Shown: in pieces, positions 1-1,241 of the stretch
Layout: each line of letters starts with the position of its first letter
How positions within the stretch are numbered: the first letter of the stretch is position 1
Assembly (NCBI GenBank): GCA_000004985.1
Contig: GG739483.1
Source of the DNA: Naegleria gruberi
Lineage: Eukaryota
Reading direction: 5' to 3' (one strand)
Length of the DNA: 1,241 bases
Position numbers and translations under genes: made by a program
Notes under the pieces: model-generated
Told to the model about the DNA's origin: nothing
What the model saw: only the letters and a program-made list of their open reading frames with translations
Databases searched by the model: none

Positions 1-105
1 AAGATGGTTAGCTGTAATTTCATTGGTGAAGGATATACTAATATCGCAAACATGACTCAACTAAAGGTCTTTCACTTAACCGCTTGCTCTTCCCAACGAC
101 AATAA
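1..105 (+). CDS. Probable upstream continuation of the same gene in frame 1 (partial at the window edge, ends TAA 103-105); joins the frame-3 ORF only through a frame interruption near 85-101
   Basis: Frame 1 is open from nt 1 to TAA at 103-105, translating KMVSCNFIGEGYTNIANMTQLKVFHLTACSSQRQ*. Its codons are common yeast codons (GGT, GAA, GTT, AAT, ATT, ACT). The motif LKVFHLTAC fits the LxxLxLxxC core of cysteine-type LRRs, and the frame-3 ORF continues with ..TTIIDPFHIFL, which is ITDxxLxxL-like, immediately downstream. Both frames are open across 42-105. Confidence 0.3.
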   Translation, partial: KMVSCNFIGEGYTNIANMTQLKVFHLTACSSQRQ

Positions 106-509
106 TTGATCCATTCCACATTTTTTTGGGTGGTTCATTAATTTCACTGGAGAAGTTTGAATACACTTCATTGCACTTCAGAAACGACTTTTGTTTACCA
201 AACGACCTAGTTAACCTTCCCAAATTGACATTTTTTGAAACCTGTTCTCCTACTTATATTGATTTGCAGAAACTTTTACAAAATTCTAAAGTAGCTACAT
301 TAGATCTTTCTTTTGAGTTTTTTTTGAATTTCGAGTTCTTGGACAACCTCTTAACTAAAAATCATTCCATTACCCAGCTAATACTACCACCAAAGGCCGA
401 AGAAAGGTTCAAAGATCAAAGAAAATCATACCTCAAACAAATATCTAGAATTCAAAAACTGTTCAATATTCAAGTTTCATTTAGCAAACATATGCTTGTG
501 TTTGAATAA
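42..509 (+). CDS. 3'/C-terminal portion of a protein-coding gene; product hypothetical, with leucine-rich-repeat-like (cysteine-containing, F-box-associated type) periodicity; no in-frame ATG, so the start must lie upstream via another frame or exon
   Basis: Frame 3 is open from the TAA at 39-41 to the TAA at 507-509, i.e. 155 sense codons. For about 30% GC DNA the chance of this is roughly 0.927^155, under 1e-5. The ORF-track start at 84 is TTG, not ATG; the only in-frame ATG is at 496-498. Codon usage is yeast-like (AGA/AGG for Arg, TTG/TTA for Leu, GGT, CCA, GAA). Repeated LxxLxL/F..C..(I/Y)(I/T)D..L..L spacing, e.g. LPKLTFFETCSPTYIDLQKLL and FLDNLLTKNHSITQLIL, resembles CC-type LRRs. Codons 42-83 in frame 3 include two rare CGC Arg codons, so the true coding frame upstream of about 85 is probably frame 1. 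Confidence 0.6.
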   Translation, partial: YRKHDSTKGLSLNRLLFPTTIIDPFHIFLGGSLISLEKFEYTSLHFRNDFCLPNDLVNLPKLTFFETCSPTYIDLQKLLQNSKVATLDLSFEFFLNFEFLDNLLTKNHSITQLILPPKAEERFKDQRKSYLKQISRIQKLFNIQVSFSKHMLVFE

Positions 510-537
510 AATGTTAAAATAACATGCTTTGTCTTAT

Positions 538-834
538 TTATTGATGTTTTTGAATTTTACCAGATACTGACTTTCTAAATAACTTCCTAACGAATATCTT
601 AAGAATAATAGTTAACAAAATAACAATAAAGAGCAAAGGATATCCAAAAACGAAAGGGAAAAGAGCATAATATTGGTGGAAGTTAATAGTTAAATCCTTG
701 GCATGTAAAAAACTGGTCAAAATAATCACCGAGCCAAAATGAAGCAAAACACCAACAAAAACAAGGATTCTAAAAACCAACAAAAAACCCTCATATCTTT
801 CTTTCTTAATCAATTTTGTTGCATTATAATTCAT
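538..834 (-). CDS. Hypothetical small (98 aa) hydrophobic protein, predicted 2 transmembrane helices with a basic C-terminal tail; possibly a dubious or spurious ORF
   Basis: The ORF has an ATG start (complement of 832-834) and a TAA stop (complement of 538-540). A stop-free run of 98 codons is unlikely by chance in about 30% GC DNA, with roughly 0.1 expected in this window. Two hydrophobic stretches are present: GFLLVFRILVFVGVLLHFGSVIILTSFL (about nt 703-789) and YYALFPFVFGYPLLFIVILLTIILKIFV (about nt 589-672). The charged N-terminus and the K/R-rich C-terminus (RKLFRKSVSGKIQKHQ) agree with the positive-inside rule. Codons are yeast-like (AGA, TTG, GTT, GGT, ATT). Against the ORF: T at -3 gives a poor Kozak context, the putative 5' leader is G-containing and T-rich, and T-rich DNA readily yields hydrophobic pseudo-ORFs. 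Confidence 0.38.
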   Translation of the reverse strand: MNYNATKLIKKERYEGFLLVFRILVFVGVLLHFGSVIILTSFLHAKDLTINFHQYYALFPFVFGYPLLFIVILLTIILKIFVRKLFRKSVSGKIQKHQ

Positions 835-924
835 AAAATCTACGTTAAGTATTACGTCAATGAAAGTAATAAACTTAGTAGTACCGTTTCAGTTTTACCT
901 AGTTGTAATAAACACCGGAAATTT

Positions 925-935
925 ATTTATGTTTT
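925..935 (+). other. Perfect 11/11 match to the S. cerevisiae ARS consensus sequence (WTTTAYRTTTW); candidate replication-origin A element. Meaningful only if the organism uses a Saccharomyces-type ACS.
   Basis: ATTTATGTTTT at 925-935 matches [A/T]TTTA[T/C][A/G]TTT[A/T] at every position, and the 4 nt upstream (attt, 921-924) are all W as in the extended ACS. It lies in non-coding DNA with the (AT)17 unwinding-prone tract 42 bp 3' of the T-rich strand, where B elements/DUE normally sit. The expected number of chance perfect matches in this window is about 0.1. Confidence 0.3.
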
Positions 936-974
936 TAACAATAAAAGCTGAAAGTAGTCAAATGATGATATTTG

Positions 975-976
<2 letters not shown>

Positions 977-1010
<34 letters not shown>
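977..1010. repeat. Perfect (AT)17 dinucleotide microsatellite (34 bp), TATA-like and easily unwound
   Basis: A direct read of 977-1010 gives atatatat...at with no interruption, flanked by gaa (974-976) and ttt (1011-1013). Confidence 0.97.
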
Positions 1011-1013
<3 letters not shown>

Positions 1014-1241
1014 AATTGATGTTAGATATTAGTTGTTCCATTTATTTTTAAACTACTCCATCAACCTCCATGAATCTAGTTGTCTATTTCTTGTTGTAAG
1101 AGTTTTTCTTTGTGTTAATTAACAACTATCACAACTCTACTTTTACTACTTCTAATAACAGTGTTTTTGTAATATTTTTACAAAGTTTGTTCTTTCTTTG
1201 AATTCATTTTCTTTGGATTTACCATAAAGATTATTACTTCC

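Larger units (their letters stand above)
835..1020 (-). promoter_or_regulatory. Putative promoter/5' leader region for the minus-strand 98-aa ORF, with the (AT)17 tract as a TATA-like element about 143-176 bp upstream of its ATG
   Basis: This is non-coding AT-rich DNA immediately 5' (on the - strand) of the ATG at 834. No minus-strand ATG lies between 835 and 1037, so a transcript starting left of the (AT)17 tract would have no uORF. The TATA-to-ATG distance is compatible with yeast promoter geometry. The call is conditional on the ORF being real. Confidence 0.25.

Noticed and set aside
84-86. TTG taken by the ORF track as the start codon of the 141-aa ORF
   Set aside because: The sequence context is eukaryotic or yeast-like, where TTG initiation is not expected. 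The nearest SD-like AAAGG (63-67) is 16 nt upstream, which is too far. The frame is open upstream to 42 and the coding signal continues in frame 1, so 84 is an ORF-finder artefact, not a real start.
38-223. 61-aa ORF on the minus strand
   Set aside because: It lies entirely antisense within the much longer, codon-biased + strand ORF. Its length is within chance expectation and it has no supporting features.
511-525. Hairpin ATGTTA-aaa-TAACAT between the convergent ORFs as a bidirectional intrinsic terminator
   Set aside because: The stem is only 6 bp with a single G:C pair and no proper U-tract geometry. The locus otherwise looks eukaryotic, where such terminators are not used.
751-786. Direct repeat ACCAACAAAAA at 751-761 and 776-786
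   Set aside because: It is a low-complexity A-rich stretch, the antisense of the F/L/V-rich codons of the hydrophobic ORF. It is too short and simple to indicate a mobile element or regulatory repeat.
852-859. TTACGTCA (CRE/ATF-like ACGT core; TACGT also at 841-845)
   Set aside because: It is one mismatch from TGACGTCA and sits only about 20 bp from the putative ATG, inside the would-be 5' leader and not a UAS. Short ACGT-core motifs occur readily by chance.
739-951. 70-aa ORF on the + strand (MKQNTNKNKDSKNQQK...)
   Set aside because: It is antisense to the 98-aa ORF and runs into non-coding DNA. It has a low-complexity K/N/Q-rich N-terminus from an A-rich strand and a length expected by chance.
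962-968. ATGATGA resembling a C/D-box snoRNA C box (RUGAUGA)
   Set aside because: There is no D box (CUGA) anywhere downstream on that strand (969-1241), no terminal stem, and the element would have to contain the (AT)17 tract. It is a chance heptamer.
1114-1123. 10-bp perfect palindrome GTTAATTAAC
   Set aside because: AT-only palindromes of this size are common in AT-rich DNA. There is no flanking structure or partner site suggesting a protein-binding element or a mobile-element terminus.
1-1241. tRNA genes, Ty/LTR termini (TGTTG...), subtelomeric elements, CRISPR-like repeat-spacer periodicity
   Set aside because: No such signal was seen on either strand: no tRNA-like sequence (no GTTCGA-type T-loop), no TGTTGG LTR ends, and no regularly spaced direct repeats other than the dinucleotide microsatellite.

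Overview
This 1.24 kb window is AT-rich (about 30-35% GC) and looks eukaryotic, most like a budding-yeast (Saccharomycetes) nuclear locus. Supporting this are AGA/TTG/GTT/GGT-biased codons, a perfect (AT)17 microsatellite, long T/A-rich intergenic DNA and the absence of any convincing Shine-Dalgarno or intrinsic-terminator signal. No species could be assigned, no gene was recognised by name, and all reasoning is by eye. I find no tRNA, rRNA, CRISPR array, Ty/LTR or obvious defence-type system, so this reads as an ordinary genic/intergenic stretch rather than an exotic island.

The window holds:
- (i) The 3' portion of a + strand protein-coding gene (frame 3, open 42..509, stop TAA 507-509). 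Its product shows cysteine-containing leucine-rich-repeat-like periodicity.
- (ii) A convergent 98-aa hydrophobic ORF on the - strand (538..834) that may encode a small two-helix membrane protein, or may be a dubious ORF.
- (iii) About 400 bp of non-coding AT-rich DNA (835..1241) carrying the (AT)17 tract and a perfect 11/11 match to the S. cerevisiae ARS consensus.

The main oddity is in the + strand gene. Frame 3 has no in-frame ATG; the ORF track's 'M' at 84 is a TTG. The upstream coding signal continues in frame 1, which is open from the window edge to TAA at 103-105. This implies a -1/+2 frame interruption near 85-101 (pseudogene, strain polymorphism or sequencing error) or, less likely, a splice junction.
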